A DNA stretch of 64,000 bases from an uncultured Chthonomonadaceae bacterium (lineage in GTDB: Bacteria > Armatimonadota > Chthonomonadetes > Chthonomonadales > Chthonomonadaceae). A program made the position numbers and the translations under genes. Positions 53,701-62,833 of the stretch are shown one piece after another. Within the stretch, counting starts at the first letter, position 1. Each line of letters starts with the position of its first letter. The DNA lies in NCBI GenBank assembly GCA_963817895.1, contig CAWFQB010000007.1, forward strand, positions 96,001-160,000. The letters run 5' to 3'. The notes beneath the pieces are model-generated. The model made no database searches, had not been told where the DNA came from, and saw nothing but the letters and a program-made list of their open reading frames with translations.

Positions 53701-54129
53701 GGTCACATACACGCGCGCAACCAGTTCGCTGTCTTTGACATTTCCCGGCAGCACGGCAAACCGCCCCGAATCCAACTTCTTCAGCGCGCCTGCTTCCTGA
53801 TCCAGCCGCAGCCCCGCCGCCCGCTTGTTGGCATCGAAGCCGTGACACGCGAAACAGTTTTCGGACAGGATAGGCCGAACGTCGTGGTCGAAGTCAATGG
53901 TGGTTGGTGGTTGGTGGCTGGTGGTTGAGGACGCAGGCGTTGAGCGTTGAGCATTGAGCGTTGAGGTCTGCTCTTTTCCCTTTTCCCTTTTCCCTTTTCC
54001 CTCTATTCCCTGCGCATGGGCGGACGTGCCGGACGAAAGCGCGGCAAGGCAGGCAATCAGCAAAATGGAAACAGTCAATCGGCTACAAAGCGGGCGGCGA
54101 AAGTTGAATGGGTGAATAATTGCGTTCAT
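50737..54129 (-). CDS. PSD1/planctomycete cytochrome C protein (DUF1549 + LamG + DUF1553)
   Basis: CFACHG, NPIDRF, LDLTGLPPT, CAQCHDHKYDP, LamG insert, PSHPELLDWLA, TNTPLQAL, NLDE. Confidence 0.95.
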   Translation of the reverse strand: MNAIIHPFNFRRPLCSRLTVSILLIACLAALSSGTSAHAQGIEGKGKREKGKEQTSTLNAQRSTPASSTTSHQPPTTIDFDHDVRPILSENCFACHGFDANKRAAGLRLDQEAGALKKLDSGRFAVLPGNVKDSELVARVYVTGPGQMPPPASGKKLSGAQMATLKRWIAQGGKYAKHWAFVPPVSPALPPVKNTAWVRNPIDRFILSRLEKEGLTPSPEADKITLLRRVTLDLTGLPPTPADVSAFLADNSKDAYEKTVDRLLANPHYGERMALAWLDLARFADTHGYHIDSQRDMWRWREWVINAFNANLPYDQFVIQQLAGDMLPNATLDQKIASGFNRNHPINFEGGAIPEEYAAAYIFDRIDTTATAFLGLTVRCAQCHDHKYDPITQKDYYRFYALFHNVPEAGLDGTVGNAMPYLKAPSPEQEAQTIEYASKVAGLENARKNRQAEAKQAMTDWIKTASANADKTPVAMEGLVANYALDENTGAQVQDTVGKQPGGTIRGNVVWKPGKIGNALSFDGGNYVEIGNASDKTLRWERTDKFSYGAWINPSGMDSMTVLSRMNETDGFRGYDLYLMGGRAFVHLIHKWDDNAIRVNTKMVMEAGKWHHLFVTYDGSSKAKGVHIYVDGKPADLDVTHDKLTDTIQTSTAPFTIGRRTPGAPFKGLIDDVRAYDRELSANDVAALANSDNLKQLLATTENKRSEAQKVQLAAYYFDNIDMPNKTITAELNTWKQKQADLDKAIPTTMVMSEMAKPRDTFILLRGQYDKQGEKVMPGIPEFLPVQGEYAPNRLGLAQWLVSPTQPLTSRVAVNRYWQMLFGTGLVKTAEDFGTQGERPSHPELLDWLACNFVEGKGKREKGKEELASLNPQPSSLPWDVKALLRLLVTSAAYRQSSRVTPRLMVKDPENRLLARGPRFRLPAEFIRDQALDVAGLLVPKIGGPSVKPYQPAGLWEEISFKGSFSAQYYEQDHGENLYRRSMYTFWKRTVPPPSLQTFDAPEREFCMVRRSVTNTPLQALVLMNDPTYVEASRKLAERILTEGGNSVNDRINFAYHLCVSRSATVGEQKILTGLLNDQLAVYRGNPKGAEQLLAIGEAKRNDKLNAPELAAWAIIASTVLNLDETITKN

Positions 54130-54252
54130 AAGCGTTTTAGAAGCGGCGCGGGTTGGAAGGTGACAGCAAATGCGTTGCTTTTGTCTTGAACCAAGAAGTA
54201 AACTACACCAAAAGTATACAACACAAACGCGCCGAACGCGCAAAATAGAGTT

Positions 54253-56634
54253 TCAGCGTTTTGCGCCTGCGGCAAGCAGAATATCAATGACGTGCTGTGC
54301 CTGCTTGCGATGTTCGTCCGTTTCGCATTTGGCAAGGATGAGTTTTGCCCAATCCAGCGCGGTAGTATTCTGTTTGTCCTGCGCGTTGATGTTGGTTCCC
54401 TTACGCAGCAGCAGGCGCAGGCAGTCCTCGCGGGGCGGTGTAAAAGAAGGGGGTTTCTGTTCGCCTTCATTATCCCGATAGCTGTGAATATAGTGGGAAG
54501 AAGCATCCCACAGCAGATGTATCAAGGGAGTGCGGCCTCCGTTGTCGCGGGCATTGACGGACGCGCCCTTTGCCAGCAGCAGTTGCAGCAGGGCGACATC
54601 AGGATTGGTGACGTTGGCGGCAAGCATGAGCGGCGTTCCGCCCCATTTGTTTCGCACATCGGGGTCGGCTCCAATGGAAAGCAGGAGGCGCGTCATAGGC
54701 ATAAGGTCATTATCAACAGCAAGGTGCAGTGCCGATTGGTTTTCACTGTTAAGCGTATTTATGTCGGCCCCATGTCGAACCAAAAACCGCATACGGTCAG
54801 GCTCGAGCATGTTGTAGCGCGTTAGCAGCATCAGGGGCGTATCGCCAACGCGGTTGCGGACATTCATGCTCAATCCTGCCGCCAGCAAAGTACGCATGAT
54901 GGAATAAGAGCCGCCGATTGCGGCATAGTGCAACGCCGTTGTACCATCTGGCGCGCGAATATAAATATTCGCATGATGGTCAAGAAGAGAGTGGAAGGTT
55001 TTGGGCGCGCGAGAACTCGCCGCCAGCATCAGTGGCGTCCGGTCGTAATCGGGCAGCAATTTGTTGAGCGGAATGCCTTGCTGTAATCCTTTGCGAACGC
55101 CTGCAATATCGTCTTTTTCAATCGCCTGATAAAAATTCCAGAGGATATTACGAGAGATCGGTTTCGGATTTGTGGCGGCAGGCTTTGAGGCGGTTGGAAC
55201 GCGCGTCAAAATGGAGTGAGCGCGTGGCGCAGGTACAGGAACGGGCGGGTTCAGGTGGGGCATGTCGTAAGCCGCTATCGCGCCGTCGCTATGAACAGTA
55301 AACAGGTCTTTGCCTGCAACAAGAAAATTTTCGCAGGCGGGCAATTTCCCACAGGATTGCTTCTGCCCGGTTTGCGCGTCTATGTACAGTAATTGCCCGG
55401 ACTCCATCAGCGCGAAACAGCCCCGCTCGTAAGCCCGCAGAAAACGTATCGCGCCTGAGGGGTTGCGCCATAGGACGCGGCCATCTGTCGCTCGCAACCC
55501 GGTTATTTTGCGTTGCTGCGCCTGATAAGGTGTGCCGCTGACGACAATCGCCATCTTGGAAGCCGCAACGACCTGCGCCTGCAACACATCCTCAAAGTCG
55601 CGCCCGCTCTGTCCCTGTGCGCTGTTGAAAACTTTGCCGGTTGCCATGTCGAAGTCCGCGCCGGGAAGCAGGCTGAACGTGGGAAACCGCCAAACCGATT
55701 TACCCATTTCATCCACGCTATACACATAATGCGGCCACACGGAATGACCGGCGTAATCGTCGTCCATGTTGACGAGAATCACGCCCCGGTTTGCCGTCAT
55801 GCCGACCAGATTTGCATAGCCACGCAGCGTTTGCAGGTTTTGCGCCATTCCCGTATCCAGATGCAGCAGGCGGGGCTGGTCGGGGTAGGGAAAAGACATC
55901 GCAAGAGATGTGCCATATTGCTCTCCGGCCTGTTTTATGGCGGCTTTTCCCTCCGGCGTGGATAGGAGTACCGGTTGTCCGGTGAGCGCGTCCAGAAAAT
56001 TCGCGTGACCGTCATTCATGAGCGCGATGACACTGCCGTATACGCCGATTGGCGCTCGATTCTCTAAATTAAAACGCCATATTTCGCGCCCTGAATCCGC
56101 TTCTATACAATGCAGCGCGTACTCCAGCGTGGTTCGCTTCCCCGGCTGTGTGTCATCATAGAAAGCGAATACCAGAACAACAACGCTTCTGCCATCCTGC
56201 CGTGACGCCGTTCCCAAAAGTTGTAAGTACACATTCGTCTGCTTCGTCTGCGCGTTGCGGGGCATTATTTCCGCGCCGGAAGCGTCGTTGCCGAACAATT
56301 CGTTTGCTTCTGAGTTTGCCGGCCTTGCCTTCCGCCACAGTTGCCGCCCTGTATCTCTGTCAAATGCCACGAGTGCCACCGACTGGTCACCGTGACCATG
56401 CGAGACAACTATAATCTCGCGCGGCGTGACGGCTATGTTCCAATTTCGCGTTTCTTGCTCAGAAATGCTTTGATTTCGCGTGTCTAATTTGTCCTGCGCT
56501 TCCATACGGTAGGTTTGCCGGGGAACGAGAACGGCTTTTGCGGCGGGCGGTTTCTGGCGCGGGGCGGCAAAACCTGCCCTTAACGCGCCGAACAGGAGAA
56601 TTGGCAATACAACAAGGACAAACAGCGGTTTCAT
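54253..56634 (-). CDS. Secreted PQQ-like beta-propeller + ankyrin repeat protein
   Basis: Signal peptide; DRDTGRQLW / DSGREIW propeller blades; several TPLMLA/TALHYA ankyrin repeats. Confidence 0.85.
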   Translation of the reverse strand: MKPLFVLVVLPILLFGALRAGFAAPRQKPPAAKAVLVPRQTYRMEAQDKLDTRNQSISEQETRNWNIAVTPREIIVVSHGHGDQSVALVAFDRDTGRQLWRKARPANSEANELFGNDASGAEIMPRNAQTKQTNVYLQLLGTASRQDGRSVVVLVFAFYDDTQPGKRTTLEYALHCIEADSGREIWRFNLENRAPIGVYGSVIALMNDGHANFLDALTGQPVLLSTPEGKAAIKQAGEQYGTSLAMSFPYPDQPRLLHLDTGMAQNLQTLRGYANLVGMTANRGVILVNMDDDYAGHSVWPHYVYSVDEMGKSVWRFPTFSLLPGADFDMATGKVFNSAQGQSGRDFEDVLQAQVVAASKMAIVVSGTPYQAQQRKITGLRATDGRVLWRNPSGAIRFLRAYERGCFALMESGQLLYIDAQTGQKQSCGKLPACENFLVAGKDLFTVHSDGAIAAYDMPHLNPPVPVPAPRAHSILTRVPTASKPAATNPKPISRNILWNFYQAIEKDDIAGVRKGLQQGIPLNKLLPDYDRTPLMLAASSRAPKTFHSLLDHHANIYIRAPDGTTALHYAAIGGSYSIMRTLLAAGLSMNVRNRVGDTPLMLLTRYNMLEPDRMRFLVRHGADINTLNSENQSALHLAVDNDLMPMTRLLLSIGADPDVRNKWGGTPLMLAANVTNPDVALLQLLLAKGASVNARDNGGRTPLIHLLWDASSHYIHSYRDNEGEQKPPSFTPPREDCLRLLLRKGTNINAQDKQNTTALDWAKLILAKCETDEHRKQAQHVIDILLAAGAKR

Positions 56635-56658
56635 AAGGGTTTCCTTTACAGGCGCATT

Positions 56659-56763
56659 TTGTCTTGAACCATGATTTTTCATGATTACGATGATTACCAT
56701 GATGAACGCGCCTTTTCAATCATGCCAATCACATAAATCATGCAAAATCATGGTTCAAGACAA
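56659..56763. mobile_element. Second copy of the TTGTCTTGAACCATGAT-ended MITE/REP-like element
   Basis: ttgtcttgaaccatgat...atcatggttcaagacaa. Confidence 0.6.
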
Positions 56764-56765
56764 GT

Positions 56766-57440
56766 TTAGCCATTTTCCTGCGATAACGTTGTGTCCGGTT
56801 CCGGTGTGACAGGAACTTTCAACGCTTCCTCGTTGCGCCAGTAGATGCTGTTGGCGCGAGTCATTAATTTGTTGTCTACGAGGTAGCGGCGCAATGTGGC
56901 GAAATCCGGGTGGAAGCCTTTTAGAATTTCGTTCACCTCTTTTTCCGTGTAGTGGCGGGCTGTCTCGAACTCCTGCGCCAATCGCCGCAAAACAATAACC
57001 TGCTTCTTGCGCTGTGTCGGAATCTCTTTCAAGCGGTGATGAACCACTTCAAACGTTCCTTCCGGCAATTTCACCTGTTCCACGCTTGCCCGCTGAAAGA
57101 ATGTATTGAGTATATGCTTCTCGTACTCGTCTTCTGTTTCTTGCGCTTCTTCTGCCCCGGCTTTGGTTTTCAATTCTTTCAGGAGGGCGTGTACCCCCTC
57201 CTGCGCCAGTCGGTAGTAGTGCGACGTGCCCTCCTGCCGCATCTCCACCATGTTGTTGTTGCGCAACATGGTGAGATGCCACGAAACCGTCGGCTCTTTC
57301 AACTCCAGAACTTCCGCCAGTTCCTTGACCGCGTATTCTCGTTCCGACAGCAATGCCAGCAGGCGAAACCGACTTTTATCCGCCAGCACTTTCAAAAACT
57401 GCAAAATCCGATCCAGTTCCTTCGCATCAATTTGCACCAT
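56766..57440 (-). CDS. ArsR/SmtB HTH regulator fused to DUF2087
   Basis: KVLADKSRFRLL, TVSWHL; YTEKEVNEILKGFHPDFATLRRYLVD. Confidence 0.9.
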   Translation of the reverse strand: MVQIDAKELDRILQFLKVLADKSRFRLLALLSEREYAVKELAEVLELKEPTVSWHLTMLRNNNMVEMRQEGTSHYYRLAQEGVHALLKELKTKAGAEEAQETEDEYEKHILNTFFQRASVEQVKLPEGTFEVVHHRLKEIPTQRKKQVIVLRRLAQEFETARHYTEKEVNEILKGFHPDFATLRRYLVDNKLMTRANSIYWRNEEALKVPVTPEPDTTLSQENG

Positions 57441-57452
57441 ATTCTTGTTCCC

Positions 57453-57512
57453 ATCTAATTAGATAATTGTCTAATTAGATGGGATTCTAACATAACGCTT
57501 GCCCTTTGTCAA
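57453..57512 (-). promoter_or_regulatory. Promoter plus tandem palindromic operator of the ArsR-DUF2087 gene
   Basis: TTGACA-17-TAGAAT with extended TG (57512-57484); two TCTAATTAGA palindromes at 57453-57480. Confidence 0.7.
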
Positions 57513-57527
57513 GAGGACGCTGATGAA

Positions 57528-57568
57528 AATCCTGTGTAATCCTGAAAATCCTGTTAATCCTGTCTATT
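57528..57568. repeat. AATCCTG-core ~9-nt repeat array, inverted partner at 61441-61481
   Basis: aatcctgtgtaatcctgaaaatcctgttaatcctgtctatt. Confidence 0.75.
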
Positions 57569-57683
57569 TCCTCCTCTTCTCCCTATCTCCATGTCTCCTG
57601 TTCTTGTATCAGCGAGAAGGAAAGCAGGCAGAAAGCGGCGAACAAAGCGGTATACCGCATTGAAATCTGTTATGGAGGCCATT

Positions 57684-58586
57684 ATGCCTTTAGCCGCTTT
57701 TCCCAAGTGTTTTCTGGATGCTCTTAGTGTGGAACACAGCATGAGCGCGGAAGAATGGATTGATCTTGCCGCGAACGAGTTGGATATTGACGGGCTGGAA
57801 TTTTACTGGGGCTTTACTCCCGCCGGGGATGCCGAGCATTTACAGCGATTGCGCAAGCGCGTTGCAGGACATGGCCTGCAAATTCCCATGATGTGCTACT
57901 CGCCCGACTTTACCAAACCAGACGAGGAAGCGCGTCAGGAAGAGATCGCCAAACAGCAAAAGGCCATTGAGGTGACGGCGGCATTGGGCGGGAAATATTG
58001 CCGCGTGTTGTCGGGACAGCGAAGGCCGGATGTGTCTGTCGAAGACGGCGTTCGTTACGCGGCGGAGTGCATTACAGCGTGTTTGCCATGCGCCGAACGA
58101 AACAACATTGTCCTTATTCTCGAAAACCACTACAAGGACGGCTACTGGCAATACCCCGAACTGGCGCAAAAGCGGGATGTGTTCCTGCAACTGCTTAATG
58201 CCATTCCCCAATCCCCCTTCTTCGGCGTCAATTACGACCCTTCCAACGCCATTATTGCCGGTGATGACCCGATTGAACTGCTGGAAGCCGTGAAATCGCG
58301 CGTCGTGACCATGCATGCCAGTGACCGGTATCTGGAGGGCGCGACGCTCGACGACCTGCGCAAACTGGAAGCCCACCCGACGCAGGGCTACGCTTCCATT
58401 CTCAAACACGGGGTCATCGGGCAGGGCTTCAACGACTACGACCAAATCTTTTCCATCCTCAAAAACGCGGGTTTCAACGGCTGGATCAGCATCGAAGACG
58501 GACAGGACCCGACCGTTGGCATGGAACATCTCAAACAATCCGCTGAATTTCTGCGAACCAAAATGGCGCAGCACGGACTCCAGTAA
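57684..58586 (+). CDS. Sugar phosphate isomerase/epimerase (xylose-isomerase-like TIM barrel)
   Basis: LENHYKD, VNYDPSN, MHASDR, GWISIED. Confidence 0.88.
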   Translation: MPLAAFPKCFLDALSVEHSMSAEEWIDLAANELDIDGLEFYWGFTPAGDAEHLQRLRKRVAGHGLQIPMMCYSPDFTKPDEEARQEEIAKQQKAIEVTAALGGKYCRVLSGQRRPDVSVEDGVRYAAECITACLPCAERNNIVLILENHYKDGYWQYPELAQKRDVFLQLLNAIPQSPFFGVNYDPSNAIIAGDDPIELLEAVKSRVVTMHASDRYLEGATLDDLRKLEAHPTQGYASILKHGVIGQGFNDYDQIFSILKNAGFNGWISIEDGQDPTVGMEHLKQSAEFLRTKMAQHGLQ

Positions 58587-58639
58587 GCAAAGCGGGGTAT
58601 GCCCTGCGGTACAATGATTGTAGAAAGGAAGGAACCTCT

Positions 58640-59320
58640 ATGTCTGCGGAAACCATACCCTTTGCGCCTGCGCCTTCACGGTTTGCGCCGCCCTACCTGC
58701 CGCCGGGGGCAATTGTTATGTCGGTGGAGGAGTACCTCGAATTTGAGCGCGAATCGGAAATCAAATACGAGTACGTAGACTTTTACGCCATTCCCAGAGA
58801 AGGCGTTGAGATACTGGAAAACGGCGAGATACGCGCCATGTCGGGTGTTGCGCCTCCGCATAACCGCATAACCCTGAACATTACTACGAAGATGGATAAC
58901 ACGATTGGTGAGCGCCCCTGCGACGTGTACACCTCCGACATTAAGGTGCGCGTTTCAAATGTGAAATACCGTTATCCTGATGTTGCAGCCTTGTGCGGAG
59001 AGGCGCAGTTTGATGATGCCGACCCGCCTTGCCTGCTGAACCCTTCCGTGCTGATGGAAGTGCTGTCGCCGTCTACACAAAACATAGATATGGGCCAGAA
59101 ATTCAAGGAGTACAAGCAAATTCCCACGCTAAGAGACTATGTTCTCATCGCGCAGGATCGCATGGAAGTCACTCACTATTCCCGCCGCGATGTGCTGGCA
59201 TGGGTAATTGAGGACTACACGCAGCCGACGGATGTATTAACGCTTGCAACGCTTGACGTGTCCATGTCTCTTGCGGAGATATACCGCAAAATCGTATTCC
59301 CATCCCCTGTAGTCTCGTAG
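58640..59320 (+). CDS. Uma2 family endonuclease
   Basis: SVEEYLEFE, KYEY, HNRI, YPDV, EVLSPST, EYKQIPTLRDYVLIAQD. Confidence 0.92.
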   Translation: MSAETIPFAPAPSRFAPPYLPPGAIVMSVEEYLEFERESEIKYEYVDFYAIPREGVEILENGEIRAMSGVAPPHNRITLNITTKMDNTIGERPCDVYTSDIKVRVSNVKYRYPDVAALCGEAQFDDADPPCLLNPSVLMEVLSPSTQNIDMGQKFKEYKQIPTLRDYVLIAQDRMEVTHYSRRDVLAWVIEDYTQPTDVLTLATLDVSMSLAEIYRKIVFPSPVVS

Positions 59321-59370
59321 CGGCTTGTCTGCGTCAATCTCTGCGCCTCTCCATTTTGACAGGAACCTTT

Positions 59371-60087
59371 ATGAAAACCATTGTGCAGATATCGCTGGAT
59401 ATAACCAACATTCCCGAAGCGCTGGAAACGGCGCGTATGGCGTTGCGGGCGGGCGTGGACTGGCTGGAAGCAGGGACACCGCTGATTATCGCGGAGGGCG
59501 TGAACGGCATCCGCGCTCTGCGTTCCGAATTCGGGCCGGAGGTTCCCATTGTCGCCGATCTGAAAATCATGGACGGCGGCTGGCTGGAAGCGCAGCTTAT
59601 GGCGGAAGCGGGCGCGAATTACGTAGTTGTCATGGAACGCGCCCATGCGGAAACTATCAAGGTTGTCGTCAAGGCGGGGCGCGATTTTGGCGTACAAATC
59701 ATGGGCGACAATCTGGCCGCGCCGGATATGGTGGCATCGGCGAAACGTCTGGAAGATCTGGGCTGTGATTTCGTCATACACCATATCGGCTTCGATGAGC
59801 GGCGGGGCATTGCCGCTATGGGCCAACCCATGCCTAGCCCGCTGGACCAACTCCGAAAGATTGTGCAGGCTGTGTCCATTCCCGTGCAGGCGGTTGGCGG
59901 GCTGACAGTGGAACAGGCGGTTCGGACGCCGGAATATGGCGCTCCGCTTGTCGTCCTCGGCGCTCCGCTGACCATTGACGCCGACGCCTTCAAAACCGCG
60001 TCGGGCGACGTGGAAAGCAAACTGCGCCTCATCTGCGACAAAGTTCACGCTTACGGCGATGTTGGCCCGAATACGAAGACAGGTTAG
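59371..60087 (+). CDS. 3-hexulose-6-phosphate synthase / KGPDC (OMP-decarboxylase superfamily) protein
   Basis: VQISLD, WLEAGTPLI..EG, IVADLKIMDGG..EA. Confidence 0.85.
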   Translation: MKTIVQISLDITNIPEALETARMALRAGVDWLEAGTPLIIAEGVNGIRALRSEFGPEVPIVADLKIMDGGWLEAQLMAEAGANYVVVMERAHAETIKVVVKAGRDFGVQIMGDNLAAPDMVASAKRLEDLGCDFVIHHIGFDERRGIAAMGQPMPSPLDQLRKIVQAVSIPVQAVGGLTVEQAVRTPEYGAPLVVLGAPLTIDADAFKTASGDVESKLRLICDKVHAYGDVGPNTKTG

Positions 60088-60198
60088 CCGCGAATGAACG
60101 CGAATACACGCGAATGAGAACAAGGAAATCTCACCACAGAGGCACAGAGACACAGAGGGGCCACAGAGAAAACCAAGAGGGAAACAAGAGAAAGCGCT

Positions 60199-61413
60199 AT
60201 GGCGGATTTATCGAAAGGCAATAGCCCGTTTTATCCGGGGCATCCCGTGCCGCCGGAGTTTTTTGTCGGCAGGCAGGCGCAAATTGACCGCATTTTACAG
60301 CGCGGCGTGGGGCAGGTGGCGGCAGGCAAGCCTGTTTCGATGTTTATTCAGGGCGAGTACGGCATTGGCAAGAGTTCGATTGCCAATCTGGTGCAGCGGA
60401 TTGCGGCAAAACAGCACAGTCTCTACCCAATTTATGTCACGCTTGGTGGGGCGCATACGGTTCAGGAAATGGCGGCTTCGCTTCTGGAAGCGACGGTCCG
60501 CTCGGAAGGCTACGAAACCACCAACACCGAAAAGGTGCGCGGCTGGCTGGCGAAATACATCGGCAAGCAGAGTTTGTTTGGAGTTTCGCTGAACCTGAAA
60601 GCCTTGCAGCAGGACGCGCCCAATCTGGCGACGCCGCTTGCCCTGCTGGAATTTCTGGCGCAGTTGATTGAACGCTTGAAAGATACGGGCGTCAAGGGCG
60701 TGTTTTTGGTGCTGGATGAAATCAACGGTATTGCCGCCGATCCGCAGTTCGCGCAGTTCATTAAGGGACTGGTGGACGCGAACATGCTGGCGCGCAGCCC
60801 CGTACCCCTGTTGCTGATGCTGTGCGGCGTGGAACAGCGGCGGCGCGACATGATTCAGAAGCATCCGCCCGTAGACCGCATTTTCGACATTCTGGACATC
60901 GAGCCGATGAGCAAGCCGGAAATGGAGGAGTTCTTTCAATCCGCGTTTGCCGCCGTAGACGTGGCGATGACAAAGGAAGCGCTGGATTTATTTACGTTTG
61001 TGTCGGCGGGTTTTCCCAAAATCATGCACGTTGTTGGGGACGCGGGTTTTTGGACAAATCAGGATGCCACGCTGGATTTGCAGGACGCGCAGCAGGCTGT
61101 CACGCAGGCGGCAGATGAGGTCGGCAAGAAGTTCGTGGAAGCGCAGGTTTACGCGGCTCTGCGCAGCAGCGATTATCGAACTCTGCTCGGCAAAATCGCC
61201 ACTGCGGGCGATACGTTTACCCGCGCCGCCGTTGCCGCCAATCTTGCGGACAGCGAAAAGAAGAAACTGGACAACTTTCTGCGCAAAATGGTCAGCCTGA
61301 ACGTCATTCGACGGGGCGAGTCATCCGGGGAATACGTGTTCAACGTTCGCATGGTGTAGCTATACATTCTTCTGCAAAGCCTCAAAGACCAATCGGGGAT
61401 GCAGGCAATTTAG
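60199..61413 (+). CDS. P-loop (STAND/AAA-type) ATPase with C-terminal wHTH; internal TAG at 61357-61359
   Basis: SPFYPG..V.PEFFVGR, GEYGIGKSS, LVLDE; frame continues LYILL... to TAG 61411-61413. Confidence 0.8.
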
Positions 61414-61535
61414 CCGCGAATACACGCGAATACACTCCAGAATAGACAGGATTAACAGGATTTCTCAGGATTGACAGGATTATGGGGTAAAGTAAGGCGG
61501 CAGACAGTTACTTTTTGCGAGGAGAAGATAGCGGT

Positions 61536-62696
61536 ATGAAGATACATGAGTATCAGGCGAAGGAAGTGCTGGCGAAATACGGCGTGGCCGTACCGAAGAA
61601 CGCCGGGGTTGCGAGTACGCCGGAAGAGGTCAAGGCGAAAGTGGCCGAATTAGGCGGGCGGGGCGTGGTGAAAGCGCAGGTGCATACGGGCGGGCGCGGC
61701 AAGGCGGGCGGCATCAAGGTCGCCAACTCGCCCGAAGAGGCCGAAACCATCGCCCAAACCATGCTCGGTATGCTGCTCAAAACCCACCAGAACCCGGACG
61801 GCCTGACGGTTGAGAAAGTTCTCATTGAAGAACCCATCAAGATTGTGCAGGAATACTATTTGGGCATCGTGCCGGACCGTGACACGCAGCGCGATATTCT
61901 GATTGTCAGCGCGAAGGGCGGCATGGACATTGAAGCGGTTGCGGAAGAGGACCCGGACGCGATTGCGCGTTTGCCCGTTGACCCGCTCGGTGGTCTGCGC
62001 GACTATGAACTGCGGCAAGTCTGCTACGACGCCAAACTCGATCCGAAAGTGATTAACAAGGCCGTCGTGTTTCTGCGCCAGTTATACAACGCATACGTCG
62101 GCTCGGATGGCTCGCTGGCGGAAATCAACCCGCTTGCCGTGACCGAAGACGGGCGCGTACTGGCGGCAGACGCCAAATTTCAGATTGACGACAGCGCGAT
62201 GTTCCGGCATCCCGAATTCGCCGGGTACGTCGAAGGCAGCGAAGAGGATGAAATCGAAGCCGAAGCGCACAAACTGGACATCGCGTATGTGCGGTTGGGC
62301 GGTGATGTTGGTATTATCTGCAACGGCGCGGGCCTGACCATGACCACGATGGACGAGGTGCAACGCGCGGGCGGCCATCCTGCCGACTTTCTGGACGTGG
62401 GCGGCGGGGCGCAAGCCGAGCGGGTGAAAGCCTGTCTTGGCATTGTCCTGTCCGACCCGAACGTGAAGGGCGTCCTCATCAATATCTTCGGCGGCATCAC
62501 CCGCTGCGACGAGGTTGCCAAAGGCGTGATTTCCGCAACCGAAAGCATGGAAATCAAAGTTCCTATCGTGGTTCGTCTCGCCGGTACGCGGGCGGAGGAG
62601 GGAATAGAAATCCTCTCCCAATCCAACCTCATTCCCGCCGGCACGATGCAGGAAGCGGCGGCGAAAATCGTTTCGCTTGTGAACAAAGCCGCGTAA
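61536..62696 (+). CDS. sucC: Succinyl-CoA synthetase beta subunit
   Basis: MKIHEYQAKE, KAQVHTGGRGKAGG, AEINPL, NGAGL, FLDVGGG, NIFGGITRCD. Confidence 0.97.
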   Translation: MKIHEYQAKEVLAKYGVAVPKNAGVASTPEEVKAKVAELGGRGVVKAQVHTGGRGKAGGIKVANSPEEAETIAQTMLGMLLKTHQNPDGLTVEKVLIEEPIKIVQEYYLGIVPDRDTQRDILIVSAKGGMDIEAVAEEDPDAIARLPVDPLGGLRDYELRQVCYDAKLDPKVINKAVVFLRQLYNAYVGSDGSLAEINPLAVTEDGRVLAADAKFQIDDSAMFRHPEFAGYVEGSEEDEIEAEAHKLDIAYVRLGGDVGIICNGAGLTMTTMDEVQRAGGHPADFLDVGGGAQAERVKACLGIVLSDPNVKGVLINIFGGITRCDEVAKGVISATESMEIKVPIVVRLAGTRAEEGIEILSQSNLIPAGTMQEAAAKIVSLVNKAA

Positions 62697-62697
62697 A

Positions 62698-62818
62698 GAG
62701 ATACGAGATACAAGATACGAGATACGAGTAAGGATGCTTCCTTACGGCACTTATCTTTGTTGTAGAGGATAAAGTGATCGTTACAAGACTCGTATCTCGT
62801 ATCTTGTATCTCGTATCT
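62698..62818. repeat. Inverted (GATACGA)n heptamer pair
   Basis: gagatacgagatacaagatacgagatacgagt ... actcgtatctcgtatcttgtatctcgtatct. Confidence 0.8.
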
Positions 62819-62833
62819 TCCCCGGAGGGCATC

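Noticed and set aside
59371..60087. RuMP methylotrophy/formaldehyde fixation
   Set aside because: No adjacent phosphohexuloisomerase or C1 genes; context fits sugar catabolism equally well.
61357..61359. Genome-wide TAG recoding or pyrrolysine
   Set aside because: Many genes in the window end properly at TAG; this is a single instance.
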